Shown in pieces: positions 12,401 through 25,849 of a stretch of 64,000 bases of DNA. The stretch lies in NCBI RefSeq assembly GCF_006345805.1, contig NC_042998.1:81654001-81718000 (forward strand), read 5' to 3'. The DNA is from Octopus sinensis. Its lineage: Eukaryota. Position 1 is the first letter of the stretch; each line of letters opens with the position of its first letter. The notes under the pieces were generated by a model. It saw nothing but the letters and a program-made list of their open reading frames with translations, was not told where the DNA came from and made no database searches. The position numbers were made by a program, and so were the translations under genes.

Positions 12401-15320
12401 ATAAATATTAGAGTACCACCCTAGGTGAATTGTGTTTATAGTAACAAGCCTTTTACACTTTCGGTTAACCTGTATCGCGGATGGCGCCGAATTAGCCTTT
12501 TATTCTTCTGAGGTTTATAAAACAGCTATGCCCAATTTAATTCATATTTCTTGGTACCGTATTTTGTTTTGTCAATTAGAAATCAGATTTTAAGTAGATG
12601 CATATGTGGTCAAGAGGTTAAAAAGAACGGAGTCATTTGGTTTTGTATTCGATCCTATTTCTTGGTTTCATAGGTAAATGTCTTTCAGCGCAGTTTAGAC
12701 TCAGTTACTACCTTTGAGTGAAACTGGGAAGTGTCTAGCTGCATGGGATTTCGTAAGATAAATTGTGCCCTGGACTCAAAGCTGCACTTGTATTATTTTG
12801 TCCCTCAGATTCGGCATGAATATTACATTTAAAGTATTCGTGTCGGTGGAATAGTCAACTCCTCACGCTTTATTTTAAAGAGTCGGGCGATATGTAGTCT
12901 AGTGACTGAGTGCTCATCGCCAGAACCGACCGAGGCAGCAGCTACCGTCTGTATATCGTTATTTGTCTTAATTAATTTGTTTTAGTAACTGGGGAAAATA
13001 AGGAATCTGTGATTATCTATTTCTTACTGAAAGCAATTAGAATTGCTAATAAAACGGAATGAAATGGCCTCGAGTGTCACGTGCTTGGCTTACGATAATA
13101 ATTATAATCCGACATATAAATATTTATTTTCAATTTATGACACACATTTATAGGATAACGTTCAAGGATATAACTTATTGCTTCAAGGTATCTTGTCCTG
13201 TTCCCCTACCGACTTTGCAGTTTGGCCACCTTCCATCTATATGAATATTAATTTTGTTTCTTTTCGTTCCTATATGTATATATATAAACTAAAAGAAACT
13301 ATATATATATATATACAGAAAATGATAACGATCTGCAGTCAGAACTAATGAAACTATCCTTATTTATATACGGATATAAAAAGTCTGATTTATCCAAAGG
13401 AAACGGTACAATATTGCTTAATTCCTTTTGTCAGGATATTTTTTGTGCATGTGTATGTATGAGGGTAGGGCATTGTGGATAACAACACACATAGAAAAAG
13501 AAAAACAAGGACATAAGCAGCATTCTGTCTCATTTCCTAAGGAAAATTCAAAGTCTTTCAATCTTTCTATAAAGATTACACCATTACTTCTGATTCAATT
13601 CGTCTATCACTATACATCGCCAAGAACTTTATTCCTACGCCCCCCCACACACACACATATGTATATATATATATATATGGCATTCACTTTGCGAGTAAAA
13701 TTTTGAAGGCAGGGCTTTGTTTGAAAAAGATATTTTCAGTATCCACGACCAACTATTTATTCTTATATATCGAAACGTACTTATAAGTCATTCTGAGTGT
13801 TTCTTATCCCAACAGCTAGTACAGCTAGTATTCACTTCTCTCCAAAGACAAAGCTATTTTTGTAACTCTCATTTGACGCTTTATATACCTCGTATGCCTC
13901 TAACCTGAAAGAAGCTGAGAGAAAATTATTTAATATCTAGACTAATTAGTTTGTAGGTATTAAATGCCGATGGGTTATAAATCGCGAGAAATCTGATTTC
14001 ACATTGAAGCCTGGTAATAATATCACATTCCAATCTGTTGATAAAACAGGAGGTGGGTACTGTAGAAAATGTTATATTTGTTATGGCTGACGGTCTTTGC
14101 AACAGGTTGGGAAAGTACATATGCACCACCAACCGGAATCGAATCTATCACGTAATGAAATCTAATGAATTACCTCTTCCCTTTCTATTGTGCTATTAGT
14201 TTTTTTCTACCATCTGGCTCCTATTGACAGTGATGTACATTGTGTTTTTTGAAGACTATATATAAGGATACAAACGATATATTCCACCGAACAATTTTAT
14301 TTGATATAATCATTCAGATTTTCGCTCATAAATGTTGACCATGGACATACATCTTCTACTTTTTCCAGCCGTGTCCTAATCACACCATTGGTCGTCTTTT
14401 GTTATGAAATCAGTTGTGAATGTGCAACGAAAAATACAGTAGCGGTTAAGGTAGAACGGAGTACAATTCAGTTCTGAAATTAAAGCTGTAATAATGCAAG
14501 GATGTTTCTAGTGAGTTTTAAACAACAAATGTGAAAGGATAAAACAAAACAATGGAGATACTCAACCCGATAATCTGCTACTCCAATACGAAATGACCTT
14601 CGAACTCTTCTTAGAGAGTTATTTAGCGCTGATGAAAATGCGTTATGTTTTTTGGTGTGTGGAATGTACAACCGAGTTTCACTCTAGACAAACCTTTCAT
14701 TTTCCTTAAAATGAAAGATTAGCTCACGCATCAAAGAAAGAATTGTAATGTACTTTTAGGTTTAATGTGTGTTATAATTATATTTTGTGATCGCTTAATC
14801 CCGTGTCTATGTATTCACGTTTAAATATGTTCACTAAGAAGTTTGTATAGTCTTTTTTTTATTATTACGGTCGACTATAATTTGAAATTTTGAAACAAAT
14901 TTTCTACACTTCAACTGAAAAAGGCAGATGAAGGCACGTTACTGACAATGTGGTACACAACAATTGGATGACGTGAACGAACAAATTTCTTGACTGGTCA
15001 AATGATCTAAAAATTATTTATTTTGTGAATTAATTAGTGGACTTGCGTATGTTTTTGACAAATGATGTTCGCAATCTGTGATGAGATACATACATGCACA
15101 TAGTAAACTGAAACTTCAGTTCATTGCAGCGAGTTTACCATTTCAATAACCTGCTGCACAATCTCATCAGAAAATTTCATAGAAACAGGTAGCCTGCAAT
15201 GGAAACTGAATGACTGAATAACTTAATATTAAATCATGTTTGTATATCTAGCTTTGTTGTTAGGTTACATTTTGTATATTTACTAATTATGCCCTCGAAA
15301 CGTCAATATTTACATTCAAA

Positions 15321-15530
15321 GGCGGTGAACTGGCAGAAACGTTAGCATGCCAGGCGAAATTCTTAGCGGTATTTCGTCTGTCTTTACGGTCTGAGTTCAA
15401 ATTCCGCCGAGTTCGACTTTGCCTATCATCCTTTCGGGTCGATAAATTATGTGTCAGTTGCGTCTGGGATCGACCTAATCGACTGGCCCTCCTCTCCAAA
15501 AATGTCGGGCCTTGTGTCTAGAGTAGAAAA
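15321..15530 (+). mobile_element. tRNA-derived SINE (family A)
   Basis: GGCGGTGAACTGGCAGAAACGTTAGCA...GAGTTCAAATTCCGCCGAG.TCGACTTTGCC...; recurs many times in the window. Confidence 0.85.
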
Positions 15531-17288
15531 GAATATTTACATTCATTATAATAAAATCCTGCTATCCAGAAAAGTCTTAGTGAGCGAGCATAAAGGCAAC
15601 GTGACAGAGATCACACGATTTTCAACTCATTGATTGTACATAGTACAAAAGGTGCCAATTTAAAAAAATGTGGTCGGGGAGTGGGACGGTTGATCCACTT
15701 GTTCCTTTATAAGCTACGCCACTGCTACTGTCATATTGTTATCATTTCCTCATCTATTTGGTGGTGAAGTCATGCTTCTATCTTTGTATCTCCTGTTTCT
15801 ATCTTTGTATCTCTTTCGACAACTTCCCGAATTCAGTTTACGTCACCATGCTTTCACCTCAATTATCATTACCCTGTTACTCTTCTCAAGCATTTTGTTA
15901 ACGATTTCTTTCACCTTTCTAAAATAGGTTTCATTTTGGTTTTTTCCCTTTCTTTTTTCAAGCCAACCCATTCTTTCTATCATACTTCACTGTTTCTATC
16001 TTCTTATGCGTTCTGTATATTCTACACAATTTTTCTCCCATTAGTTTCGCGTCACATCAATTTTACATCTATATTTGCCGTCTTCTCCTCTTCAATGAAC
16101 TTTGCACTCACATCTTCACCATCCATTTTCTACCTTTACAAAATTTTTACACTTCATTTTGTTATCGATTTCTTTCTTCCTTACTCCTTTCTTCCTTCCC
16201 TTATTTACGCTTCCATTTCGTCACTCATTCACCTGAAAATCTCTTGTTTCATACTTCAATCGCTAAATCATCCTAATCATTCTCCTACTTTATACTATTA
16301 CCCTCTCTCTCTCCCATTCATTCTCTCCCATTCATTCTCTCATATCAAGTAACTCCTCTATTTAAAGCATGCGATTATACCTTTCCCTCTCTTTTCTAGT
16401 TTTCTCTTCTCCCTGCTTAGTTTCTCACATTTCATATAAACTTCCACTCAGTCCTTTCTTACGTTTTTACCATACACCATACTAAAATTTTCAATGAATT
16501 TCCATCTCATCTCTTCATCTTCTTCTTCAAGGAAGTCGTCTTATTTTCCCTTTCTCACTTTATAACTTCTATGTATTACTTTCCACTCTAAAAGATCTAC
16601 CTATTTAATGTGTAATATGATAACCCCTATGGATTTGAAATTGATTCTTTGTGCAAGTACTTCAACAAAAAAAAGAAACCAAGCATTCTTAACAAAAGAA
16701 AGACACAAGAAGCGAAGCAACAGGAAAATGGAATGAAATATTCCGACAGATCATAAATCGTAAAATGTAGTTGATATTTAGGCTGAGCGATAAAAGTTAT
16801 TCCCTGTTCTTTCTTCCCTGTCAATCTATTTTCCAATACAACGGATAAGGAACAAAAATCTTTTTCCTCTATCATCTCATTAATAATTGTTTCCTCTGCA
16901 TATGCAGACACAAACAAAACAAGAGACAAGAAAGGAAAGGAGGGGAATATGTCAAGCACTAAAGTTTAAAAACAAAGACGTTTACAGATCCATAACAAAA
17001 GTGTTGTGAATACGATAGCATTTTTAGTATTGTTAAAAGAAACTGCACGGAAGTTAGCGCGATAATAACGGTGAAAGCAATGGTGTCGAGAGTAGCATCA
17101 GAATCATGATTACTCTGTGCAATAAATCATAGAAATAGGTTTAGGTGGCAAGAACAATAATATGGAAAACAGTGCTTGTTGAAGAAAATACATCAGGCTG
17201 GAAATATAAAAATAACAGCTCTTATTCACCTACTTTGAAATAGGAAGCAAATTGTCAAATGCCAGGTGTGTTTACACACACAAACACA

Positions 17289-17319
<31 letters not shown>

Positions 17320-19254
17320 AACCCATGTATGTGTGGGGGTGGGGTGAAACACGTGTGTTTTCGGTATGTATGCGTTTGTATATATGTCTATATGTGTGTG
17401 TGCGTGTGTGCGCATGCGTAATGGATGTATGTAGGATAGAAATCAGTTTGATTATGTGTATTACTATGTGCCAATGAGGTGCAAGACAATATCTTTTTAG
17501 ACTCGATAACGATTTGCCTCATTTAACACGTGTATTACCTAAATGGCTCTTCTCACTTGAATACTATACAGAATCATGGAGATCGGTATTATGTATCGGC
17601 ACGAGTTTATTTAGCCACTGACAAAAAGAAAGCGTTTATTATATGAATGTCAGGCATATTATCTTTCAGGTTGGCAGTTTATTTGTTATTAGCTTGCTTT
17701 GGTTCATGTGTCCTCGAATGACACATAAAACGAACTTTACTATATTACACTTGGTTATAAGTTGAACATTTGACAAGAATCGTAATATTTATAGTGTTTC
17801 TTTTCCCTGCACTCATATAAATTGTGCGTGGTTAATGCAGTTATCTGCAAAATGCATGGATGCGTCGGTTACCTATTTCTGTCTATGATGGTCAGTCAAC
17901 AGCAAGTTGCAAAACGTTTCACATGAATATTTTCTTCAGAACAGACTTGAAGAATCTTTGTACCTTAAATTAATTATGTGATTGTGTCTAGTGGGGGATT
18001 CATTCTCTAGAATATTTTCTCTATAGACTAGAGGCTTTAGAATTCTTTCATGTTCCAACTCTATAGAAAATGAAAGAATAGGAAGTCTGCCTAAAACTCA
18101 GTCACATACAACCTTATCTAATTCTCAAAACTCAATACTATTCTATACTATTCACGCTGTCTCTAGAGGATCCACGCCGAATTTTGTCAAGACGTTTTAG
18201 ATGTGAACCTTCCGACTATTTAACATGTTTTGAATATAACGTCGCCAATACAATATTACAGATAAGTGTATTTTGGAAAAAGATATAGTAGTGTCATTTA
18301 TAGCGTTTAGACCATAACGAATTTTATTATTTTCCAAAAGAAAAAAATTCTATTTTTATCCCTTTCAAAAAAATATCAAAGTATCTGAAGAACGATACGT
18401 TTTCAAAGTTTTAATATCTATATATGTAAAACTCAACTTGTGTGTCTGTGTGTGTATCTGTGTTTGTGTCTGTGTGTTTAACTTCCGGCACATCTCCTAG
18501 CCAACAAATCGTAGAACCACCAAAAATTGGTCACTTAAAGTTTAGGCGAATGAGAATTGAACTGCGCTATTTCTGTTCCGAAATTCATCTCGCAAGTGCA
18601 AAAATCGATAATGTGTTTGTTTAGGCCTTATCCCATGCATTGAATAGTGAACTTTACTCAGTCCGCTGTTTGACGTGAACTATGTTTACCACGCGTGCAA
18701 GCATGCGTAAATTGCATGAAAAATAAAAAATCAAGATATTAAAACGGGCAATACTGCTAGTATACCATAAATGTAGGAAGCATGAAAGTTTTTTTTTCTC
18801 CCAGAGCAGGGCTGATAAAGAAGGACGGTTTTCAAAAATTTTAATTGGGACCACAAACATATTAGATCCCAGTGGCATTTTGCAGTGAGATTTTGACAAG
18901 CGTTTTAATTGTGTTCAACACTATCACCGCCATCAGCGTACAAAACTTTCGTGTCAAAAATTCAGTTTGTAATGTGGAGTTAAGCATTTTGTTATTGAAT
19001 AACTTATTAGTCATGAAGAAGGGAAAATAATAACTGGTTTTGAAAGCGATGCAAAAAAAAAAGAAGAAAACTATAATGATGTATGTGACAAAGAGAGTAA
19101 GAGCAGTTATAACACCCTAATTTGCATCTCCACTGGACCTGCATATTCTCCGTCCACTGCATTGTGCTCTCCCATTTAATCTTCAAAAGACATGATAGTA
19201 TGTGAATGCTTTTGATTTCCTTCTGAAACTTTCACTTAATAACTTTCATCTTTT

Positions 19255-19480
19255 ATTTATTTCAGTCATTAGACTTCGGCCAAGATCGGGTACCGTCTTG
19301 AAGAATATTTAGTCGAATCAATCAACCTTAGTTCTTATGTTTCTTTCTATTTTCTATCGGTCACTTTGGCTGAACCGCTAACTTACTGGGGCGTAAGCAC
19401 TCTAAAACCGGTTGTCAAGTGGTGGTGGTGAACAAATACAGACACAATGACACACACAAACACACACACAAACACACAAA
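19255..19480 (-). mobile_element. SINE family B, 3' part
   Basis: ttcagtcatt.gact.cggcc...ctgaaccgctaa...aaacacaga, matching the tail of 48466-48855. Confidence 0.7.
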
Positions 19481-20064
19481 CATGTATATATATATGTGTG
19501 TATGTATATATATGTATACAAAATTCAGTGGAGTATTAAAAATACCACTCGCTATAAACAGAGTTATCGCTCTAAAACCACAAATTACTCACTATTAAAA
19601 TGCACGCGGCGAATGCAAAAAGCATAACAGAAATAGGCTTACCTTGAGTGAACTACAGAAGTAAGGAATGCGTATATTCCGGGATCAATTCATTTCGCTT
19701 TCTGTATGAAAAACTTACTTACGTTCGTTAGCCAAACTTAACGACACAACACCTATTTCTGAAATATTCGTCACATTACACCGTGTGCGTTCGTACATTT
19801 GAATGCCCCACGACAATCAAAACGAACATATCGTGAGCTAGTATAATTTAAAGTTAAATAGGTATCATTACCATTATTATTAATAATAATAATGATGATA
19901 ATAAAGTGGCTAGCAAGTTTACACCGTTATTGGTAAAATATAAGCAAAATTCAGTTGGGTATTAAAATACCACCTGCTATAATCAGTTCTATCGCTCAAA
20001 AACCACATCTTTATTATTATTAATAATGGTAATGGTACGTATTTAATTATATATATATACAACG

Positions 20065-20205
20065 AGTCTTTTTTTTAAGTTTCTGCCTTCGAAATTCACT
20101 CACAAGTATTGGATTGCCCCGAAGCTATAGCAAAAACATATGGCCAAGACGGCTACGCAGTGAGCCTGAACCTGGAACCATGCGGTTGGTTCTTAACACA
20201 CAGCC
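20065..20205 (-). mobile_element. SINE family B, 5' part
   Basis: ...cgcagtgagcctgaacctggaaccatgcggttgg matches the family B head on the minus strand. Confidence 0.65.
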
Positions 20206-21269
20206 ACTTGACATTAGTCCAATAAATGTTTCTTTTGATTGAGTTGATCTCGTAGTTCTCATTGCAAAGATAATAAAGTTCTCTCTGTTTCTTATTATCG
20301 TCACGTAGGTTCTCTTTTGTGGAGGTGACATCGTAATATCCAACTCTTCTTTTGAAATTTGGTGCAATTTGTTTTCAAAGACGTTTCATTTACTATCATT
20401 CTCAAGTTTGTTTAAAATTTACTCCTTTTTGACAGTAACATAGCTTTCAATAACATTTGAAACATCAAGTCTCCTCAACCCGGAAATTTCTACTCTCTTC
20501 CTTTGGTCCTTTGGATTAAATAATTAAATTCACTTCTTAAAGATAATGGTATTTTGTCAAATTTTGCTCCTCTTACAATCCTGACGTCTCTCGCAGAATT
20601 CAAATATTTCCTCCTAATTTAAACATCGTGCGCCACTTCTTGACACATTTGTGAAATATTTTATGTCAATATAAGACGTGTTTAAACAATGGAATTCAAT
20701 TAATTGCACTTTGTTAGCCAAAAAATTGAAGTTCGACTGTCTCTAATCCTCTGATGTCCTAAACGTTTACATACTTCAAAATGTCCACGGATTTCTGCAG
20801 CGAAGTCTTCAATTACTATGATTTGACGTCTGATCGATTTTTTTTTCATATTAATACCTATTAATTGTTCATGAAAGTGATTTTCCTATTTTCTGAGGAC
20901 CAATCATCTCTAGTGCATAGCCGCTGACGAACGTCATAGGGAGAGAGTAGAGGACAGAAATATTAACATAAATATTAATCAATATTTTAAGCTAGATGGC
21001 TGTGAAGTGAGATGTATGAAAACTATTTACGTAACTGCCATGTGAAAATAACTGTATAACCATTAATTATTTCGATATATGATGTACACCTACATCGAAA
21101 TAGACATATATTTAGTGATATGAGAGTTTGCATGAATGCATGGATGTTTATATGTGTGTGTGTGTGTGTATATATATACAAACACACAGAAACATACATA
21201 TTGTACATAGTTGAAATTTATACAAAAACAAAAGACGAAGTCAAGTGTATGAATAACAAGTATATTGGT

Positions 21270-21365
<96 letters not shown>

Positions 21366-21410
21366 ATGTTTGTATGAATATATATATATATATATTCTCG
21401 CATGCCTTCC

Positions 21411-21906
21411 CATAGTGAGAAGGCCTTCTCACTATGATAAGGGTACACCAGGCACATGCATCACAACCATATGTGCGCGACATGGTGATCTCATATCAAG
21501 ATAAACAGCACATGACCTTGCAGGTGGGGCCCAGTTAGAATTTTCTTCAGGTTGAGTAGCCCATCCCGCTCAAAAGGTCCCTGAATAAGGGTTGTTTAAG
21601 GATGTTGAAAGAAACACCCATGTTTCCAGAAGTGAATTATTCAAACCCCAAAGGATCCCTCTCAACACATGGCTATGATGCTCCCCCACTACTTCTGCTC
21701 GTGATCAGAGATGCGCATATCGTCAGCCACTGGACATGCTCAACTGGTTATGGTCAAACAACTGACAAGCAAATCTGTGGTATTGAGCAGAATATTTGCT
21801 GTAGCCCATCCTTTATACCAAGACAAAACAATGTACATGATAACACTTCCAATCAGTTAAGATCAGAAACCATGAGAACCACTGTCTGGTACTGCATCAG
21901 AGCATT
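21411..21906 (-). mobile_element. Probable 5' end/UTR of an R4/Dong-type LINE copy
   Basis: Non-repetitive, GC-richer block that starts right after the (AAT)n tail of the adjacent element and ends in a 26-bp palindrome at the (TA)n tract. Family assignment is inference from the arrangement and from recollection. Confidence 0.4.
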
Positions 21907-21928
21907 TATTATTATTATTATTATTATT

Positions 21929-22855
21929 CAGTAGTTTTATTTTTATAGCGTGCTTTCACTTCACTACCGAGCGCAGCTCTGTGTGCCTTGGGTATGTGCT
22001 GTGATTTGTTGTGATGCTCTGATGGTTATTGTATGGAAAGTGTTCTGCTTAGGATGTGTGCAGTGCCTAGTAGTGCAATTTTCTGTATGTTATATGTGTT
22101 TGTAAGTCCTGGTGTTTTTGTTATGTATTTGTCTGAATATTATTTTATCATGCCTAATGCACCTACTATGATAGGAATTGTTTCTGTTTTCAGGTTCCAC
22201 ATTCTAGTTACCTCTATTTCCAGGTCTTTGTATTTTGAGAGTTTCTCCATTTCTTTTAGAGACACGTTGTCATCTGCCGGTATTGATACATCAATTAGAA
22301 AGCATTTTTTTTCTTCATGATCTCTGACAACTATATCTGGTCTGTTGGCCTTAATTCTCTATCTGTGTGTATCGGCATATCCCAGAGTATGGTTGCTTTC
22401 TCGTTTTCTGTGACCTTTTCTGGTGTGTGCCTATACCATCTTTTTTCTGTTGTTATTCCATAATGTTGGCATAGCTTCCAATGTATGTAGGTTCCAACTC
22501 TGTCATGTCTGTGAATATATTCCTTCTTAGCCAGGTCTGGGCAGCTAGAGATAATATGATTTATTGTTTCTTGTCCATCTCCACATATTCTGCAGTTACT
22601 TGTAATATTCTTTTCATTACATGTTTTTGGTAATTTCTGGTGGGGAGGCTTTGGTCTTGTGCTGCAATTAAAAATCCTCTGTTTCTGCTTTGTGTCTGAG
22701 CTTCTCAACCATTGCTGGGATTTTTCTTTGTTTATTTCTTTTGCGTTTAGTTTAGTGCAGTATTTACCATGAAGGGGTTTTTCTTGCCATCGTTTTATCA
22801 TGGCTCGTTGCTGTTCTATTTTTAGTTTGGATTTCATTTGTTTTGGATTTCATTT
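21929..22855 (-). mobile_element. 5'-truncated R4/Dong-clade non-LTR retrotransposon (zinc knuckle + restriction-like endonuclease, 3' UTR, AAT tail)
   Basis: WQEKPLHGKY...CRICGDGQETINHIISSC...RHDRV...HWKLC...ILWDMPIHTDRE, then a frameshift into KANRPDIVV...CFLIDVSIPADDN...KEMEKLSKYKDL...IPIIVGALG...IQKIALLGTAHILRRTLSIQ* (stop 22026-22028). Flanked on both sides by (AAT)n. Confidence 0.92.
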
Positions 22856-22874
22856 ATTATTATTATTATTATTG

Positions 22875-22915
<41 letters not shown>

Positions 22916-23040
22916 TTATTATTATTATTATTATTATATTAATATTATTATTAGTAGTAGTAGTAGTAGTAGTAATAGTAGTAGTGCAGCAGTAGTAGTA
23001 GTAGTAGTAGTAATAGTAGTGGTGGTGTTGGTAGTGGTCG
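22856..23040. repeat. (ATT)n/(AGT)n triplet microsatellite
   Basis: Directly visible; explains the poly-L/Y/S/V/T ORFs at 22800-23284. Confidence 0.95.
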
Positions 23041-23899
23041 TATTAGAATTATTAGCACTTGTATTAACATTCGTTTTAGCAGTTCTCCGACGTTCCTCGG
23101 AAGCGGGAATGTTCGTATCCTGGTTCATATTGGTTATAGTGCAACATTTACGGGTGTGGGATACGCTATCGCATTCGGTGTTAGTGTTTTCGCTGTATTG
23201 ACCAACGTTATGCTTATATATATATATATATATATATATATTAGTAGTAAGAATTAAGTTTACGCTTATTACATGAGGTAACAATAGATTCCATAGTGGG
23301 CGGAGAGTAGTAGGATAGTTTCAGAGTAGATCTGTTGAAGATTATATGGTATTTATGGTGACGTAAGAACTCAGAGTCTACAATTTGAAAAAAAGGTTTT
23401 GGCTGAGCCTTTAACATTTAAAGAGGGCATATATTTATGTATCAATCTATTTGAGTTCAGTGGTAACTATGTGTGTATATATAGAGAGATATATTTGTAT
23501 ATGTGTGCTTTTGTTTATTATTTTAAAGGTTTTAAGAATAAAAACAGAATATTAACTTGAAGCGAAACTCCATTATAAATCAAGAGTAAATTTCATATAA
23601 ATCTCAAAAAAGCCCGGATGATAAGTTTCACCTGAGTGACGGTTTATTCTATCATTAAAACTCTATTGAAGAGACAGTCAGTGAAAATGAATCTTAAGCA
23701 GATATACGCACACACACATACACACACGCACACATGTATATGATGCGTGTCTGAATATAAGTGTAACTACTTGTGTGAAGTGTGTATATGAGAGTTTGTA
23801 TATGTGTGTGTGTCTGCGTGTGTGGAAATGTACATATATGTATTTATATAAATATATATATACACGTGTATCCTTATATATACATACATATACATATAC

Positions 23900-23932
<33 letters not shown>

Positions 23933-24820
23933 GTTAGATATACATATGCATATATATATGTGTATATATATATATGAGACATATACATATACATATAACA
24001 TATATAATGTTATACGTGTGTGTGTGTGTGTATGTGTGTGTGCATGTGTGTGTTGCATAACACCCACACTAGTAACAAGTGGCGATCTTATGTTTTCTGG
24101 CACTCACTCGTTATAGTCATTTCCTTTTCATCACAACCGTCTTGATGCAGAAGCTGTCATTATTTTATTGCATCTGACATTATTGCTTTGAGTAACGTGA
24201 TGCCAGTAGAATTAATGCTTATGTTAATGATGTGGGAGTTCGATGTTTAATGTTCCCGGCGCACTAAGTAGTTTTCCGTATCAACCAACATTCGCTGTAG
24301 TTTGTAGTTAGAGTAATTAAACTCTTGTTATACTCGACATTATCTGATATTAGAGATATGTAAAGAAAGTGTTACACATTGGAGAAATAAACTTAAGAAA
24401 GATATAGATTAGATAATTCAAGTGTGTGCGTGTGTGTTTGCGAAAAAGAGAGATAGTAAGAGAAGGAGAGAGAGAGTGTGTGTGTGTGTGTGACGGAATG
24501 TTACTGATTCAGTGGGAAAGAAGGAAGAACTACAAAAATGAAAATAGAGTGCCATATTGTGTGTTGATATATAGGAGGGTTTTAATCACATTAACAGATC
24601 GTTCTGTGCTGAAAGGTGTCTGGATTTTAGGAGGCGCGGCTGGAGGTTGGGGGAGAAACGATCGCTCTTGTAATAGATATATGGTGATAGCAATATGGAG
24701 TGTAAGATAAAGAGTGAGAAGACGAAACAGAGAAAACAGGAGAGAGAAAGAAAGAAAAGGAGACAGAATAATACTTGAAAACATTCACACATAAATATAC
24801 TCACCTGATACATACATACA

Positions 24821-24852
<32 letters not shown>

Positions 24853-25009
24853 CATATATTCCTGTGTATGAGTATATAGGAATTTATAATATATACATAT
24901 ACATATATATATATGTGTGTGTGTGTCTGTGTGTGAGTCTGTGTCTGTGTGTGAGTGTATATATATATATCTATATATATGTATATATATATATATATTA
25001 TATATATAT

Positions 25010-25043
<34 letters not shown>

Positions 25044-25169
25044 ATATATATATATATGCGGTTATTGGATACATAACGAACTGAAAAGCAGAAAAGTAGT
25101 CAATCGATGTATAGGTCTTCGGAACAACGGTACGCGGCAAACCTACTATTCAAATTAATCTCTTGGGTA

Positions 25170-25420
25170 AAGCGTTGAGCTGGCAGAATCGTTAGCACAC
25201 CAGACAAAATACCTGGCAGCGATTCGTCCGTCATTACATTCTGACTTCAAATAGCGCCGTGGTCGACTTCGCAGCTCATCTTTTCTCCGTAGATAAAATA
25301 AATACCACTAGAGCACTGGGGGGATGGGGGATATAATCGACTTACCTCCTCCTCGTAATTGCTAGCTTTATGCTAAAATTTGAAACCAAATTAATCACAC
25401 ATGTGAGCGGTAAAAACTGA
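25170..25420 (+). mobile_element. SINE family A
   Basis: agcgttgagctggcagaatcgttagcac...ctgacttcaaatagcgccgtggtcgactt...; collinear with the 15321 copy. Confidence 0.75.
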
Positions 25421-25849
25421 GTCACAAATGTTCCAGTATAAAAAAAACAACAAATAGATTCATAATTACATGTGTAAGGGATAAATGAAACATCAGAGTA
25501 AGACAGAATAGCATCGTTGTTTTTATATGTTGAAATAGCCGAGGCCAGTTGAAACAACATCCATTGAAACTTTATAGAAATGTTTACATGATTGCTTTGT
25601 ATCAAATTCCATCTAATCTTTGCAATAATTTATATTTAACACTAAATATTTGACTGACATACTCAGAACATATTGAGCATTTAGTGATGCTCATAGCTAG
25701 AACTTTCATTCACATTTAAGTCTTTGTTCTTCCCACCTTGGAAGGATTGGTATCACAAGGGTTTAAAACATAGGCACAATTTTTTAGCTATATATATATA
25801 TAGGGAGAATTAACAAAAAAAAAAAGAAAACAAAATAGGATGACTGGTG

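Noticed and set aside
15700-16560. ~850 bp pyrimidine-rich strand-asymmetric tract
   Set aside because: Low-complexity CT-rich decay with no periodicity or termini that I could define.
16627-16959. 110-aa minus ORF with a signal-peptide-like start
   Set aside because: Starts at GTG, derives from purine/pyrimidine-biased low-complexity sequence, and has no recognisable domain.
20380-20850. Fragments such as VKKWRTMFKLGG, suggestive of a mariner HTH or integrase
   Set aside because: Too short and inconsistent between frames to assign.
24805-25080. 276-nt minus-strand segment bounded by a strong acceptor and CAG|GTGAGT, with an open frame
   Set aside because: Almost entirely TA/CA microsatellite; the open frame is a repeat artefact. 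At most a cryptic exon.
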